Assembly (NCBI GenBank): GCA_002410555.1
Contig: DHSR01000050.1
Span: 9,761-73,760 of the forward strand
Reading direction: 5' to 3'
From: Bacteroidales bacterium UBA5281
GTDB lineage: Bacteria > Bacteroidota > Bacteroidia > Bacteroidales > Lentimicrobiaceae
DNA: 64,000 nucleotides
Under the pieces are notes generated by a model. That model was given only the letters and a program-made list of their open reading frames with translations. It ran no database searches and was not told where the DNA came from. Below, piece by piece: positions 9,920 through 21,477 of this stretch; within the stretch, counting starts at the first letter, position 1; each line of letters starts with the position of its first letter. The translations under genes were made by a program, and so were the position numbers.

Positions 9920-11296
9920 TTATTTAAAATAAACCTGGTAACCCCAGGCAGGCAATGTTAGTGATTGGTCTGCTGCCAGTTTAACTTTCTCATCAGTGTA
10001 AAGCAAGGTGTAATCTCCGGTGTATGCATCACCTTTCAGCGTAAAGGTGAGTGGTTCTGCACTCAGGTTAACTACGCTGACTACTTTGCTGTTGCCCTTC
10101 TCGCGTAAGAGCACAAATACATCTTTATCTTTATCAGTGGTGATCCGTTTCCAACTGCCGCCAAAATCGCCATTGTAAAGTGCAGGATTGTTCTTTTTCA
10201 ATTCAAAAAGCTGGTGATAAAAGTCGGCCATTGGGTAATCATTCCAGTCAACAGCATCTTTTTCAAAGAATTCAAGACGCTTATCCATGGCAGCTTCCTG
10301 ACCGGTATAAATTAATGGCATGCCGGGCACGGTAGCTGTAAGTACAAAAAATGCTTTCACACCCTCGCCCAAACGTTCGAATTCGGTTCCGTTCCATGAG
10401 TTTTCATCATGATTGGTTATAAAATACATGCGATAGGCGTCAGAAGGATAGAGAGAATCGTTTTTATGCAGATATTTTTCGATATCGTTGGCATTTTTTT
10501 CTCCTTTATAAATGTCATTCATCACGTGATGAAACTCCCAGCCGTAGGTCATATCAAAAGCAGCATGATGGCGCGGGGCTTCGTCTTCAGCAAGCATAAA
10601 GACCGGTTTTATCTTATCCAGTTCGGTGCGTACCCTCAACCAGAATGTATCGGGGACCATGCCGGCAACATCACAACGATAGCCATCAATGTCGTATTCC
10701 GTTACCCAGAATTTCATGGCATTCAACATATAATCATTCATCTGGCGGTTGCTGTAATCAAACGCAACCACGTCTGTCCAGTCATAAGGTGAAATCATCT
10801 TTCCGGTGGTGTCTTTCTGATACCATTCCGGGTGCTCATTCACCAATGGATTGTCCCATGCAGAATGGTTGGCTACCCAATCAATAATTACATAGAGGTC
10901 ATTTTCATGGGCGGTTTTTATCAGATTTTTAAAATCCTCATCAATGCCAAATTCAGGATTCAGGGTAAGGTAGTCACTGATGGAGTAGTAACTACCCAGG
11001 CTGCCTTTGCGGTTGAGCTCTCCGATTGGATTGATGGGCATAATCCAAAGGATATCAGCCCCAAGTTCTTTCAGGCGGGGCAAATGAGGTATGAACGCAT
11101 TAAAGGTACCTTCGGGCGTAAACTGCCGAATGTTAACTTCGTAAATACTCAGATTCTTGCTCCATTCGGGATGCTTTATCTGCTCCACTTTTCCGTTCGT
11201 CACACTTTTTTCAGAACCATTGCTGCTGCATGAATTTAAGACCACCAGCGCAGCTGCCACAAAGATCATTGATAGGCTGTTTTTGAGTTTCATCAT
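9920..11296 (-). CDS. GH13 alpha-amylase family lipoprotein
   Basis: Lipobox LNSC and GH13 regions DWVANH, GYRCDVA, LAE, NHDEN. Confidence 0.92.
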   Translation of the reverse strand: MMKLKNSLSMIFVAAALVVLNSCSSNGSEKSVTNGKVEQIKHPEWSKNLSIYEVNIRQFTPEGTFNAFIPHLPRLKELGADILWIMPINPIGELNRKGSLGSYYSISDYLTLNPEFGIDEDFKNLIKTAHENDLYVIIDWVANHSAWDNPLVNEHPEWYQKDTTGKMISPYDWTDVVAFDYSNRQMNDYMLNAMKFWVTEYDIDGYRCDVAGMVPDTFWLRVRTELDKIKPVFMLAEDEAPRHHAAFDMTYGWEFHHVMNDIYKGEKNANDIEKYLHKNDSLYPSDAYRMYFITNHDENSWNGTEFERLGEGVKAFFVLTATVPGMPLIYTGQEAAMDKRLEFFEKDAVDWNDYPMADFYHQLFELKKNNPALYNGDFGGSWKRITTDKDKDVFVLLREKGNSKVVSVVNLSAEPLTFTLKGDAYTGDYTLLYTDEKVKLAADQSLTLPAWGYQVYFK

Positions 11297-11406
11297 AATT
11301 TTTTATTCTTAGAATTTGTAGAGGTTTCAGATTGAAAGGCAAAGATAATATAAAGCTTTCACATTTTGAAGCTTCAATATTTAGCTCATAACTTTGATTT
11401 CCGGTC

Positions 11407-11437
11407 AAAAAAAAGACTGCCCCCGTTTGGAGCAGTC
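11407..11437 (-). terminator. Intrinsic terminator of the mgsA-HAD-M16 operon
   Basis: Minus strand reads gactgctcc-aaacg-ggggcagtc followed by T8. Confidence 0.75.
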
Positions 11438-11460
11438 ATTTTTAGTAAATGATGGGTTTG

Positions 11461-13563
11461 CTATTTCAATTCAAATAACTCGTCCTTTAGTTTAGTGTTT
11501 ACCTTAACTACCAATACCTTAATATCCATACTTTGAGGCCCTGCCTGCTGACTAATGTTAAATGGAAATTTAACACCATTCACTTCACGGTAATCGCTAA
11601 ATTCGGCAATGCCCTGATCTCCGGTTTCACGAATAAGTAAACCTGTATTTACATCGTAAAAACGTGTGCTTTGGGTGCCTGAAGGGTAGGTGAGCAAAAC
11701 GCGGTAAGTTTTATTGCCTTTGATCTCCTCAATACCTTCCAGTTTTTGATCTATACCCAACTGTTCAAAATTTAGTTCCGGAAACATGGCTGCTTCAATT
11801 TTCATATCTTCCAGTTCTTTGCCTTCGAGGGTTTTACTTTCACCCCCCATTGGAGAAACAATCCTGGCCGAAGTACCATCATAACCCATTTGCTGAAACA
11901 CCATATCGCCAGAACTGATTTTAATCATAAATTTGTCAGGTGCCTTGCGATAAGTGTCAAACCCAATAGTCATACCCTGCATACTGGTGGTTGCCATAAT
12001 GGTAATGTCCTTAATTTTCGACATTGCTTTTTCGCCTCCCAGAGCTTTAATATATGCCTTGTTAACCGTGGTAGCCGTAACTCCTTCAGGGGCCGGCTTT
12101 ACCTTTTTGTCCGGGTCATACTCTGTGCCCTCGTAGTCAAAATACCTGATTGCTTTTGTTTTATTGAATTGTTGGAGGCGTGGTGCTATTTCAGCAGCCT
12201 TTCCCACAGCAATGATGTATGCATTTTCAGGCAGTATGTATTTTTTAGCAGCCGACTGAACATCTGCAGCACTAACAGCAGCCAGGTTTTTAAGGTAATT
12301 TACATAATAATCGTCGGGCAAATTATAACGCGCCGTGCTTATGGCAAAACTAGCCACTGTGGCGGGGTTTTCCAGAGAAAGTGCGAAGTTTCCACTGAGA
12401 TAATTTTTTACCAGTTGTAATTCATCACCAGGAACTTCTTCATTGCGGATACGGTTCATTTCGTTAAAAATCTCAACTACTGAGCTGTCGGTCACCGGAT
12501 TGCGAACCGCTGCCGTTGCCATAAACCGGCCTACAAGTTTATCGGTACTCAATGAGGAGTAAGCTCCATAGGTATAAGCTTTGTCTTCGCGCAGGTTATT
12601 GAATAGTCTGAATGTACCGCCACCAAGAATGGTATTCATAACCCTGGCCTGTATAACATCAGCATCTCCCGGCTTAAGTTGTACCGGATAAGCCACTTTT
12701 AAGGTAGTTTGCACTGCATCAGGCCGGTCAACGATGGCTACCTGCGTGACTTCCGGCGCCATGGGTAAAGGTGGAATGTATTTTGGAATATCGCCTCTTT
12801 TCCATCCGGATAAATATTTGTCCACCAGGGCTCTGGCATCCGCCAGGGTAATATCACCCACAATGGCCAGGTAGCCGATGTTGGGTTTAAAGAATTTATC
12901 ATAGTATGCCTGACAGTCTTCCACAGTGATATTGTTTACAGTGGCTTCCGTCATGGTTTCTCCATAGGGATGATTGGTGCCATAAATCAGTAGTTTGCTG
13001 ATGTGGTTGCTTATGGCTTCCGGCTCATTTTGCATTGCTTTAAGAGATGATAGCGTTTGGGTTCTTATCTTCTCAAGTTCTTCTGAGCGGAAAGCCGGAT
13101 TTAACAGCACATCAGACATAAGCTGAAGTAGTTTTTCGGAATGTTTTTTGAGTGATGACCCATAAACGCCAGTAGCATTGGTTCCCAGAGAAGCACCTAT
13201 AAAGTCTACTTCCTCGTCAAGCTCATCTTTAGTAAGACTGGTTGTTCCGGTACGCATGAGCTGGCCGGTCAGTTCACTTATTCCTGTCTTCTGTTCTTCG
13301 GGCAGCGGGACAATGTCGAGCACCAGGGAATAGGTTACTTTGGGTATTTTATGGTTTTCCACCACAAAAACCTGAAGTCCATTCGGCAGGGTAAAACTTT
13401 CGTATTTACCTACATTAATCACCGGAGCCGGAGCCGGAGCCGGCATTACACTCCGGTCGAGCTTATCGGCTGATTTTTTGGCTGATTTAGAGGTTTGTGC
13501 ATTTATTGTTCCTGAGAAAATGAACAATAAAGCCCACAGGCTTACATTAAAAATATTTTTCAT
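11461..13563 (-). CDS. M16 (pitrilysin) peptidase, non-catalytic subunit with C-terminal extension
   Basis: TLPNGLQVFVVE and LREDKAYTYGAYS motifs, no HxxEH, about 200-aa extra C-terminal domain. Confidence 0.85.
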   Translation of the reverse strand: MKNIFNVSLWALLFIFSGTINAQTSKSAKKSADKLDRSVMPAPAPAPVINVGKYESFTLPNGLQVFVVENHKIPKVTYSLVLDIVPLPEEQKTGISELTGQLMRTGTTSLTKDELDEEVDFIGASLGTNATGVYGSSLKKHSEKLLQLMSDVLLNPAFRSEELEKIRTQTLSSLKAMQNEPEAISNHISKLLIYGTNHPYGETMTEATVNNITVEDCQAYYDKFFKPNIGYLAIVGDITLADARALVDKYLSGWKRGDIPKYIPPLPMAPEVTQVAIVDRPDAVQTTLKVAYPVQLKPGDADVIQARVMNTILGGGTFRLFNNLREDKAYTYGAYSSLSTDKLVGRFMATAAVRNPVTDSSVVEIFNEMNRIRNEEVPGDELQLVKNYLSGNFALSLENPATVASFAISTARYNLPDDYYVNYLKNLAAVSAADVQSAAKKYILPENAYIIAVGKAAEIAPRLQQFNKTKAIRYFDYEGTEYDPDKKVKPAPEGVTATTVNKAYIKALGGEKAMSKIKDITIMATTSMQGMTIGFDTYRKAPDKFMIKISSGDMVFQQMGYDGTSARIVSPMGGESKTLEGKELEDMKIEAAMFPELNFEQLGIDQKLEGIEEIKGNKTYRVLLTYPSGTQSTRFYDVNTGLLIRETGDQGIAEFSDYREVNGVKFPFNISQQAGPQSMDIKVLVVKVNTKLKDELFELK

Positions 13564-13580
13564 GGTTTATTTCCTTTCTG

Positions 13581-14906
13581 TTACATGCTTTGTTTGGGTA
13601 AATAGTGTAAAACTACCCTGTTTTCTTTGGTAAGGTATTGATTGGCTACCCGCTTAATGTCGGCTTTGGTTACTTTCATATAGCGGTCAATCTCATTGTT
13701 GATGAGATTGGCATCCCCAAAGTACATATGGTAATCCGAAAGGTTTTCAGCTATGCCTGCCATGGTTGAGTTGGCCGTTACGAAGTCGTTTACCATTTTA
13801 TTCTGCAACTTCTTGAATTCGCGATCTGTTAGTTCTTCTCTCTGAGTCCGGGCTATTTCTGTATTGATGGCTTCCTCCAGCTCCAGTGGGTCAATACCTG
13901 CATTGGCAATACCAAAAATCATAAAAAGTCCAGGGTCTTCAAGCGCCAGAGGGAAAGCACTTACAAAAAGGGCTTTCTGCTGTTTGTCCACAATACTTTT
14001 GGTCATACGGGAACTCTCGCCATCGCTCAGCAGTGTAGTTAGCATGCTCAGGGCATAGTAATCAGGAGTACCCATGGCAGGAATATGAAAGGCCTCAATA
14101 ACTGCCGGAAGCTGGATGTTGTCGTAAACGGTATCGCGCACCTCAGCAGTCTGAGCCGGTTCAATAATGGCAGGACGATAAATTTCCCTGGTTCCGCGAG
14201 GTATGGTTGAGAAATATTTTTCGACCAGTACTTTGGTTTGTTCTATATCTATATCGCCCGCTATAGAAAGGGTTGCATTGTTGGGAACGTAATAAATGGA
14301 GTGAAATTCCCTGAACTCATCAATGGTAGCCTGGTTGATCGGCTCTGCAGAACCAATGGGCATCCAGCGGTAAGGGTGAGTAGTAAAAGCAGTACTAAAT
14401 GTTTTTTCCATAATGGAGCCATAGGGGCGGTTATCGTACGACTGGCTTCGTTCTTCTTTCACAACTGCACGTTGGGTTTCAACTCCTATACTGTCGATTC
14501 GTAGATGTAGCAGACGTTCCGATTCCATCCACAGTCCAAGTTCCAGTTGATTGGAGGGAAGCAGCAGGTAATAAAAGGTCCGGTCAAAACTGGTGTTTGC
14601 ATTCAGTTGAGCACCGGCATTCATTGCAATCTGATCAAATTGACCACGCCCGATGTATTCGCTGCCCTCAAACATCAGATGTTCGAAAAAATGAGCAAAT
14701 CCTGTGCGTTCAGGATTTTCGTTTTTAGAACCCACATGATACGAAATGGTGACAGCCACAATTGGCGTGGAATTGTCCTGATGTAAAATTACATGCATGC
14801 CGTTGGCCAGATTGTACTCAGTAAATTCAATCCGGTTTTGGGCACCTGCCCATAAAAAGGTCAGGAGAAATCCTGCCAGTGCAATGATTTTCTTTGGTGA
14901 TGACAT
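13581..14906 (-). CDS. M16 (pitrilysin) zinc peptidase, catalytic subunit
   Basis: GFAHFFEHLMF (HxxEH) and signal peptide. Confidence 0.92.
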   Translation of the reverse strand: MSSPKKIIALAGFLLTFLWAGAQNRIEFTEYNLANGMHVILHQDNSTPIVAVTISYHVGSKNENPERTGFAHFFEHLMFEGSEYIGRGQFDQIAMNAGAQLNANTSFDRTFYYLLLPSNQLELGLWMESERLLHLRIDSIGVETQRAVVKEERSQSYDNRPYGSIMEKTFSTAFTTHPYRWMPIGSAEPINQATIDEFREFHSIYYVPNNATLSIAGDIDIEQTKVLVEKYFSTIPRGTREIYRPAIIEPAQTAEVRDTVYDNIQLPAVIEAFHIPAMGTPDYYALSMLTTLLSDGESSRMTKSIVDKQQKALFVSAFPLALEDPGLFMIFGIANAGIDPLELEEAINTEIARTQREELTDREFKKLQNKMVNDFVTANSTMAGIAENLSDYHMYFGDANLINNEIDRYMKVTKADIKRVANQYLTKENRVVLHYLPKQSM

Positions 14907-14921
14907 ATTAAAATGGTTTGA

Positions 14922-15593
14922 TTAAATTAATTGGGTTTTCATGAGTTGGATAATGGAGTTTGCGGATAATTCCGTAAAATTTTCGATGACCTGATGTGCT
15001 TCGGTCAGTTCAGCTTTGTGATGTGTTGTAGCAATACCGATAACCGTCATTTTTGCTTTCAGCGCGGCATCAATGCCTTTGTTGGTGTCTTCAATAACCA
15101 GGCAATATTCTGGTTTCATATTGAGCAACGCAGCCGCTTTTAAAAATACCTCAGGGTCAGGTTTACCATTTTTTACCTGAGAGGCATCGGCAATAGCCCC
15201 AAAAAAACCATCAAGGCCTGCTTCGTGAATAACAAAATCCACATTTTCCTTTTCCCCCGAAGTGGCAATGGCCATCGGAATATTGTGGGCTTTTAAGTCC
15301 ATAAGCAAAGGAATCAGCCCCGGAGTGGGTTTAACATTATCATGATATAAATACCTATATATCAATTCTTTTTCGGCAGCAAGCTCTGCAATAGTCGTTG
15401 CAGGCAGTGGCTTTTTGAAAATCATCTTCAGATGTTCCGCATTGGAACAGCCAAATAATCTTTCGCGGAATGATATCAAATCAAAACTTTTTCCATGACG
15501 CTTGCAAAATTTCTGCCAGGCCAGAAAATGATAATGTGCATTGTCAACCAGCACTCCATCCATGTCAAAAATAACGGCCAAATCTTGTTTCAT
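14922..15593 (-). CDS. HAD-IA family phosphatase (beta-PGM/CbbY-like)
   Basis: FDMDGVL, ATS, KPDP and IEDT motifs. Confidence 0.9.
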   Translation of the reverse strand: MKQDLAVIFDMDGVLVDNAHYHFLAWQKFCKRHGKSFDLISFRERLFGCSNAEHLKMIFKKPLPATTIAELAAEKELIYRYLYHDNVKPTPGLIPLLMDLKAHNIPMAIATSGEKENVDFVIHEAGLDGFFGAIADASQVKNGKPDPEVFLKAAALLNMKPEYCLVIEDTNKGIDAALKAKMTVIGIATTHHKAELTEAHQVIENFTELSANSIIQLMKTQLI

Positions 15594-16063
15594 TATAATT
15601 TTACTTCCCGGTTAATATAATTACTGAAATCCTTCACCTGTTGGTGATATTCTTCCTTAAAAAGGGGTGACGAAATTAAAAAATCAGCCGTTGAACGATT
15701 ACAGGCTGTGGGGATATTGTAAAGCACAGTAATTCTAAGCAATGCTTTAACATCCACATCATGGGGCTGAGGTTCCATGGGATCCCAAAAGAAAATCATA
15801 AGATCAATTTCGCCGTTTACAATCATAGCACCCAATTGCTGATCGCCACCCAGAGGGCCTGATTTCAGTTTGATGATTTTCAGTTCATCAAACTGTTCGG
15901 CTGGCAAAATATTCTTTAGCTGTAGTTCCACAAACTTCCCGGTAGTCCCTGTGCAGATGATCTGATGTTCATGAAGGCTAAAAGCATTATACTCTACCCA
16001 CTCAGCCAGATCGGGCTTTCGGTTATCGTGGGCAACAAGGGCTATGCGTTTCCTGGTCTTCAT
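15593..16063 (-). CDS. mgsA: Methylglyoxal synthase
   Basis: IALVAHD, TGTTG, SGPLGGDQQ, DPMEPQPHDVDVKALLR. Confidence 0.96.
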   Translation of the reverse strand: MKTRKRIALVAHDNRKPDLAEWVEYNAFSLHEHQIICTGTTGKFVELQLKNILPAEQFDELKIIKLKSGPLGGDQQLGAMIVNGEIDLMIFFWDPMEPQPHDVDVKALLRITVLYNIPTACNRSTADFLISSPLFKEEYHQQVKDFSNYINREVKL

Positions 16064-16302
16064 TTCGGATCATGAATAAACGGCGAAATTAGTAAAAATC
16101 AATACACCTGAGGAATATATATCTTTATTCTTCCGCCAATTATTGGTTACCGCAACAGAGAAAAGCCGCTTTAACCTTCCACTTACTGCTTTTTACCATT
16201 GAAAATTCGCGGAAATGCATGTAAATAATGATTCCCGTATATTTTGTATTTTTGCAGCGTTTATAAAAATACGACAACGATTTAACTTAATCAAAATATT
16301 TT

Positions 16303-17397
16303 ATGAAGCGAGTTATGATTCTTACCGGGGGTGGTGACTGTCCCGGATTAAATGCAGTTATCAGGGCAATTGTTAAAAGGGCTGCGCTTGAACGGAATTG
16401 GGAAGTGATTGGAAGCATTGAGGCTTTCAACGGCATTTTACGTGAACCTACCGAGATAGTGGTTCTGGATGAAAAAGCCGTTTCCGGTATACATTATCAG
16501 GGCGGTACCATTATACAAACTACCAATAAAGGCGGCCCATTTGACTGGCCTGTGAAGCAAAATGATGGTACCTATACCTCAGTTGACCGTTCGGATGAAA
16601 TGATACGCAAAATCGGGTATCTGGGAATAGATGTAGTAATTAACATTGGTGGTGATGGCAGTCAGCGTATCTCACAGCGACTTTTTGAGAAAGGGCTTAA
16701 TATCATTGGCGTTCCCAAAACCATTGATAATGATTTAACCGCTACCGATGCTACTTTTGGATTTCAGACTGCAGTTCAGATTGCAACAGAAGCCGTAGAT
16801 AAACTGGTAACAACAGCAGCCAGTCACAACCGGGTTCAAATTCTCGAAGTAATGGGTCGCGATGCAGGATGGATTGCCCTGAATGCTGCCGTTGCCGGTG
16901 GTGCAGAAATTTGTTTGATACCTGAGATTCCTTATGATATTGACAAAGTGATGAAAGGAATTGAAAAGCGTTTTGTTAAAGGCCGTGGTTTTGTGAATAT
17001 TGTGATTGCTGAAGGTTCTAGAAATATTCATGGCTCACAGGTAATTCAAAATAGTAATGAGGTTGGCTATGCCCATGTTAAGCTGGGTGGAATTGGTTTC
17101 CGGCTTGAAGAAGAACTGAAAAATGCCGGCTGTGAACACAGCATCCGAACCACAGTTCTTGGACATCTGCAAAGAGGTGGAGTGCCCATAGCCTACGACA
17201 GGGTATTGGCTACTCAATACGGTGTTAAAGCTTTTGAACTGGTGCTTAGAGGTGAATTCGGACGCATGGTTTCATACCGGCATCCCATGATTACCTCTGT
17301 TACACTTGAAGAAGCCCTTACACAGCCCAACTTGGTTGATCCGGATACTGCACTGATGAAAACAGCCCGCGGTATCGGCATGTGCTTTGGAGATTAA
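16303..17397 (+). CDS. pfkA: 6-phosphofructokinase (GGDG + PKTIDND, ATP-type group III)
   Basis: TGGGDCPGLN, GGDGS, PKTIDND, EVMGR, LGHLQRGG. TATTTTTG promoter box at 16247-16254. Confidence 0.93.
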   Translation: MKRVMILTGGGDCPGLNAVIRAIVKRAALERNWEVIGSIEAFNGILREPTEIVVLDEKAVSGIHYQGGTIIQTTNKGGPFDWPVKQNDGTYTSVDRSDEMIRKIGYLGIDVVINIGGDGSQRISQRLFEKGLNIIGVPKTIDNDLTATDATFGFQTAVQIATEAVDKLVTTAASHNRVQILEVMGRDAGWIALNAAVAGGAEICLIPEIPYDIDKVMKGIEKRFVKGRGFVNIVIAEGSRNIHGSQVIQNSNEVGYAHVKLGGIGFRLEEELKNAGCEHSIRTTVLGHLQRGGVPIAYDRVLATQYGVKAFELVLRGEFGRMVSYRHPMITSVTLEEALTQPNLVDPDTALMKTARGIGMCFGD

Positions 17398-17419
17398 CTG
17401 TACAAGGAATTAGCAAATT

Positions 17420-17461
17420 ATGCCCTGTTACCTGAATTTTGGTAGCAGGGCATGGTTTTTT
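17420..17461 (+). terminator. Intrinsic terminator after pfkA
   Basis: atgccctgttacc-loop-ggtagcagggcat followed by a T run. Confidence 0.8.
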
Positions 17462-17768
17462 ATGGCTGTTACTAAAATTCTAAATTCATTCTACACTTTT
17501 GTGGAAATAGGTCAGCAAGTATCATATATCCAATAACCTATTTTAATCGTTGTAAAATAGTATAAAAAAAGTGTTGAAACAGATTGGGATAAAATAACCT
17601 TTAGCTTTCTATAAATCATTGAATATTAATTCAAAGCGCTCTTTCAAAAAACTTCAAAAAGAATATTCTGTGTAAATGATTTGCAGAACGATATCTGGTG
17701 GCACAATTATTTAATAACCATTGAAATATTCATTGAAAATTAATTTTCATCAAATAACTTTAAAGATT

Positions 17769-19922
17769 ATGGCTAAAAAACACTCTAATCCCGAGAAGGC
17801 AAATGCTAAACTGACTGATTTGGCTAAACATACCGAACAGGATCAGGAATCGTTTCTGACTACCAATCAGGGACTTTGCATCAACGATGATCAAAATTCG
17901 CTGAAGACCGGAGAGCGCGGTCCGACGCTAATGGAAGATTTTATTTTTCGTGAAAAAATTACTCATTTCGATCACGAGCGCATTCCCGAAAGGGTTGTTC
18001 ATGCACGGGGTAGTGGTGCGCATGGTATTTTTGAATGCACAAAATCCATGTCGAAATATACCAAAGCAAAATTTTTGCAAACACCTGGAACAATTACACC
18101 GGTTTTTGCACGATTCAGTACGGTAGCCGGTTCGCGGGGTTCTACTGATCTGGCCAGAGATGTGCGTGGATTCGCAGTGAAATTTTATACCGAAGAGGGA
18201 AATTATGATTTGGTAGGCAACAATATGCCGGTATTTTTCATTCAGGATGCCATTAAATTTCCCGATCTCATACATGCGGTCAAACCAGAACCTCATAACG
18301 AAATACCTCAGGCAGCTTCAGCCCACGATACTTTCTGGGATTTTGTTTCGTTAAGCCCTGAAACCCTGCACAATGTAATGTGGCTGATGAGCGACCGCGC
18401 TATTCCACGCAGCCTCAGGATGATGGAAGGCTTTGGTATCCATACCTATCGTTTTGTAAATGCCAATAATGAATCTTTTTTCGTGAAGTTCCACTGGAAA
18501 CCATTGTTGGGTGTTCACTCGGTGCTATGGGACGAAGCCCAGAAAATTTCAGGCAAAGATTCTGATTTCCACCGTCGTGACCTTTATGAGGCCATTGAGG
18601 CTGGTGCATTTGCACAATGGGATTTTGGGGTGCAAATTGTGGAGGAAAAAGATGAGCACAAATTCGATTTCGATCTGTTGGATCCTACCAAACTCATTCC
18701 CGAAGAGTTGGTGCCGGTTGAAATTATTGGCCGCATGACCTTAAACCGAAATCCGGACAACTTTTTCGCTGAAACTGAACAGGTGGCCTTCCATCCCGGC
18801 CATGTAGTGCCAGGAATTGATTTTACCAATGATCCGCTGCTTCAGGGAAGATTATTTTCTTATACCGATACACAATTGATCAGGCTTGGTGGCCCTAATT
18901 TCCATGAGATTCCCATCAACCGGCCTATTGCTCCCATTCACAACAATCAGCGCGATGGATACATGCGGCAGATGATCAATCCAGGACAGTCGAGTTATAA
19001 TCCAAATTCAACAGGCAACAATGCCCCCTATCAAACGCCACAGGATGATGGTGGTTACACCAGTTATCATGAACGCATTGATGGTCGTAAAATCAGAGGT
19101 CGCAGTGAGAGTTTCTTTGATTTCTTTAGTCAGCCGGCCATGTTTTATCACAGTCAGAGTGAAGCTGAACAAAACCATATCGTGGATGCCTTCCGGTTTG
19201 AACTTGGAAAAGTAAAGGAAGAGGTTATCCGTAAGCGGGTAGTAAGTTTGCTGGTGCAGATTGATAAAACCCTTGCCAAACAGGTAGCCGATGGACTTGG
19301 CTTTGAAGTGCCCAAACCTGAAAAAATTCACAATCACGCAGTGCCACCCGATGTGGATCCCATGAAATATCAGAGCCGGAAAGCTGCACCCATGATTGAC
19401 AAAGCGCCTTCCCTGAGTATGGCCGATACAGTGAAAGATACCATCAAATCCCGAAAAGTGGCTATAATCGCCAATGATGGTGCCGATGCTAATGCCATTA
19501 CAACCATGCAAAAAGCCATTGAAGGTGCAGGTGGTATGACCAAAGTAATTGCCTTGCATCAGGGAAGCATCAAGTGTGATGGGATAGAACTGCCGGCAGA
19601 GGAGAGTTACCTCACCGCCGCTTCGGTTTTGTTCGATGCAGTATATTTACCGGGCGGTAAGAAAAGCGTAGATGCATTGAAGGCCGAGCCTGATATTTTG
19701 CATTTTATCAGCGAAGCATATAAGCACTGCAAGGCCATTGCTGCCGACGATGAAGGTGTGGATTTGCTTAAAATGACCGCTGCCGGTGAGAAAATTGATG
19801 AAAATATGGACGATGTGCTGGCTAAAGGTATTGTGCTCAATCAAACCCCGGAAGCCTTTATGAAAGCAATTGCCCGGCATCGTTTCTGGGTGCGTCAGCA
19901 ACCGGGGAAAGTGCCCGCATAA
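17769..19922 (+). CDS. katE: Large-subunit catalase HPII
   Basis: [24 protein letters not shown] and a C-terminal DJ-1-like domain. Start reassigned to ATG 17769. Confidence 0.96.
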   Translation: MAKKHSNPEKANAKLTDLAKHTEQDQESFLTTNQGLCINDDQNSLKTGERGPTLMEDFIFREKITHFDHERIPERVVHARGSGAHGIFECTKSMSKYTKAKFLQTPGTITPVFARFSTVAGSRGSTDLARDVRGFAVKFYTEEGNYDLVGNNMPVFFIQDAIKFPDLIHAVKPEPHNEIPQAASAHDTFWDFVSLSPETLHNVMWLMSDRAIPRSLRMMEGFGIHTYRFVNANNESFFVKFHWKPLLGVHSVLWDEAQKISGKDSDFHRRDLYEAIEAGAFAQWDFGVQIVEEKDEHKFDFDLLDPTKLIPEELVPVEIIGRMTLNRNPDNFFAETEQVAFHPGHVVPGIDFTNDPLLQGRLFSYTDTQLIRLGGPNFHEIPINRPIAPIHNNQRDGYMRQMINPGQSSYNPNSTGNNAPYQTPQDDGGYTSYHERIDGRKIRGRSESFFDFFSQPAMFYHSQSEAEQNHIVDAFRFELGKVKEEVIRKRVVSLLVQIDKTLAKQVADGLGFEVPKPEKIHNHAVPPDVDPMKYQSRKAAPMIDKAPSLSMADTVKDTIKSRKVAIIANDGADANAITTMQKAIEGAGGMTKVIALHQGSIKCDGIELPAEESYLTAASVLFDAVYLPGGKKSVDALKAEPDILHFISEAYKHCKAIAADDEGVDLLKMTAAGEKIDENMDDVLAKGIVLNQTPEAFMKAIARHRFWVRQQPGKVPA

Positions 19923-19947
19923 TTGTTCAATTGTACCCCGTACACCC

Positions 19948-19988
19948 TCAGCCCATTGGATAATGTCCGAATGGGCTGAACCGTTTTG
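19948..19988 (+). terminator. Stem-loop after katE
   Basis: tcagcccatt…aatgggctga with a weak T tail. Confidence 0.55.
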
Positions 19989-20196
19989 TGAATATTTAGC
20001 TTATAATCTGATGGAAGCCATCTGATTACCTCTATAGGATTTATTTTATTCAGGAATACCCGGATGTGCAGCATTTTAGCCCAAAGACTGATGAGTTGCT
20101 ACCTGATTAATCACTGTTTTTTTAGAAGAGGGCGGTTTCATCTCTTTGCAGACAAATTACATTCCGGATTGTTAATTGAATCAAAACACTACTTTC

Positions 20197-21477
20197 ATGT
20201 CACTAAATATTCCTGAAACCTCAAAACGCCGGCTGGTGGTTATAGGTGCCGGATTTGCCGGACTAAGACTGGTAGAGAAGTTAAAAGGTTCGAATTTTCA
20301 AATAGTATTGATTGACCGCAATAATTTTCATCAGTTCCAACCCTTGTTTTACCAGGTGGCTGTGGCCGGACTGGAACCGAGTTCTATTGCATTTCCGCTG
20401 AGGCGGATGTTTCAGAAGAGTTATCAGATATTTATCCGGCTAACCGAAGTAACTCATATTTCTACAGAAAGCAAAACAGTACATACCCTCAATGGAGCAC
20501 TTAGCTATGATGTTTTGGTAGTTGCTACCGGTGCGGCCACTAACTTTTTCGGTATGGACCAACTGGCAGCGCGTTCTTTTGGGATGAAAACTGTAGGAGA
20601 AGCGCTCGGCATCCGGAATACCATTCTTAAAAACTATGAAATGGCTCTGGTTGCCGACTCCGATGAAGAACGCAATGCCCTGATGAAAATTGTAATTGTG
20701 GGCGGAGGTCCCACGGGTGTAGAACTTTCAGGAGCATTGGCCGATATGCGCAGGTTTGTTTTGCCAAAAGATTATCCCGATCTGGATTTCAGGCAAATGC
20801 AGATATTCTTGATTGAGGCATCACCCACTTTACTTAATGGCATGTCGGAACAATCCTCCTGTAAAGCCGCTGAATTCCTTACAAATATGGGCGTTAATGT
20901 GATGACCAATGAGCAGGTTACCGGCTATGAAAATAACATAGTGCAGCTAAAGGATGGCAAAACCCTTAATTCAGCTACGGTTATATGGGCTGCCGGTGTT
21001 ACAGGCGCGCCACCGGGTGGTTTCAATGAACATCAATTGGGTCGGGGGCGTCGGCTGGTGGTTGATGCGTTCAATCGCGTAAAAGGGGAGTCAGATGTAT
21101 ATGCCATTGGCGATATTGCTTTTATGGATGATCCGGACATGCCCAGGGGACATCCACAGGTTGCCCAGGTAGCGCTACAGCAGGCCAAAAATCTGGCAGC
21201 CAATCTTAAAAGAAAAGAGTTGTCGGATTGGAAGCCCTTCAAGTATAAAGACAAAGGCTCCATGGCCACCATTGGGCGCAATAAAGCCGTGGTTGACTTG
21301 CCTTTTCTTAAGTTCCAGGGGATGTTTGCCTGGTTTGTGTGGATGTTTGTTCATCTGATTTCCATTATTGGCGTGAGAAATAAATTGTTTATTTTCATCA
21401 ACTGGGTATGGAATTATGTAACTTACGACCAGTCATTAAGATTGATTATACGTCAAAGGGTTCCTAAAAAAGATTAA
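20197..21477 (+). CDS. ndh: Type II NADH dehydrogenase
   Basis: GAGFAG, FQPLFYQVA, GGGPTGVE, AQVALQQ, YKDKGSMATIGR. ATG 20197 is the likely start. Confidence 0.92.
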   Translation: MSLNIPETSKRRLVVIGAGFAGLRLVEKLKGSNFQIVLIDRNNFHQFQPLFYQVAVAGLEPSSIAFPLRRMFQKSYQIFIRLTEVTHISTESKTVHTLNGALSYDVLVVATGAATNFFGMDQLAARSFGMKTVGEALGIRNTILKNYEMALVADSDEERNALMKIVIVGGGPTGVELSGALADMRRFVLPKDYPDLDFRQMQIFLIEASPTLLNGMSEQSSCKAAEFLTNMGVNVMTNEQVTGYENNIVQLKDGKTLNSATVIWAAGVTGAPPGGFNEHQLGRGRRLVVDAFNRVKGESDVYAIGDIAFMDDPDMPRGHPQVAQVALQQAKNLAANLKRKELSDWKPFKYKDKGSMATIGRNKAVVDLPFLKFQGMFAWFVWMFVHLISIIGVRNKLFIFINWVWNYVTYDQSLRLIIRQRVPKKD

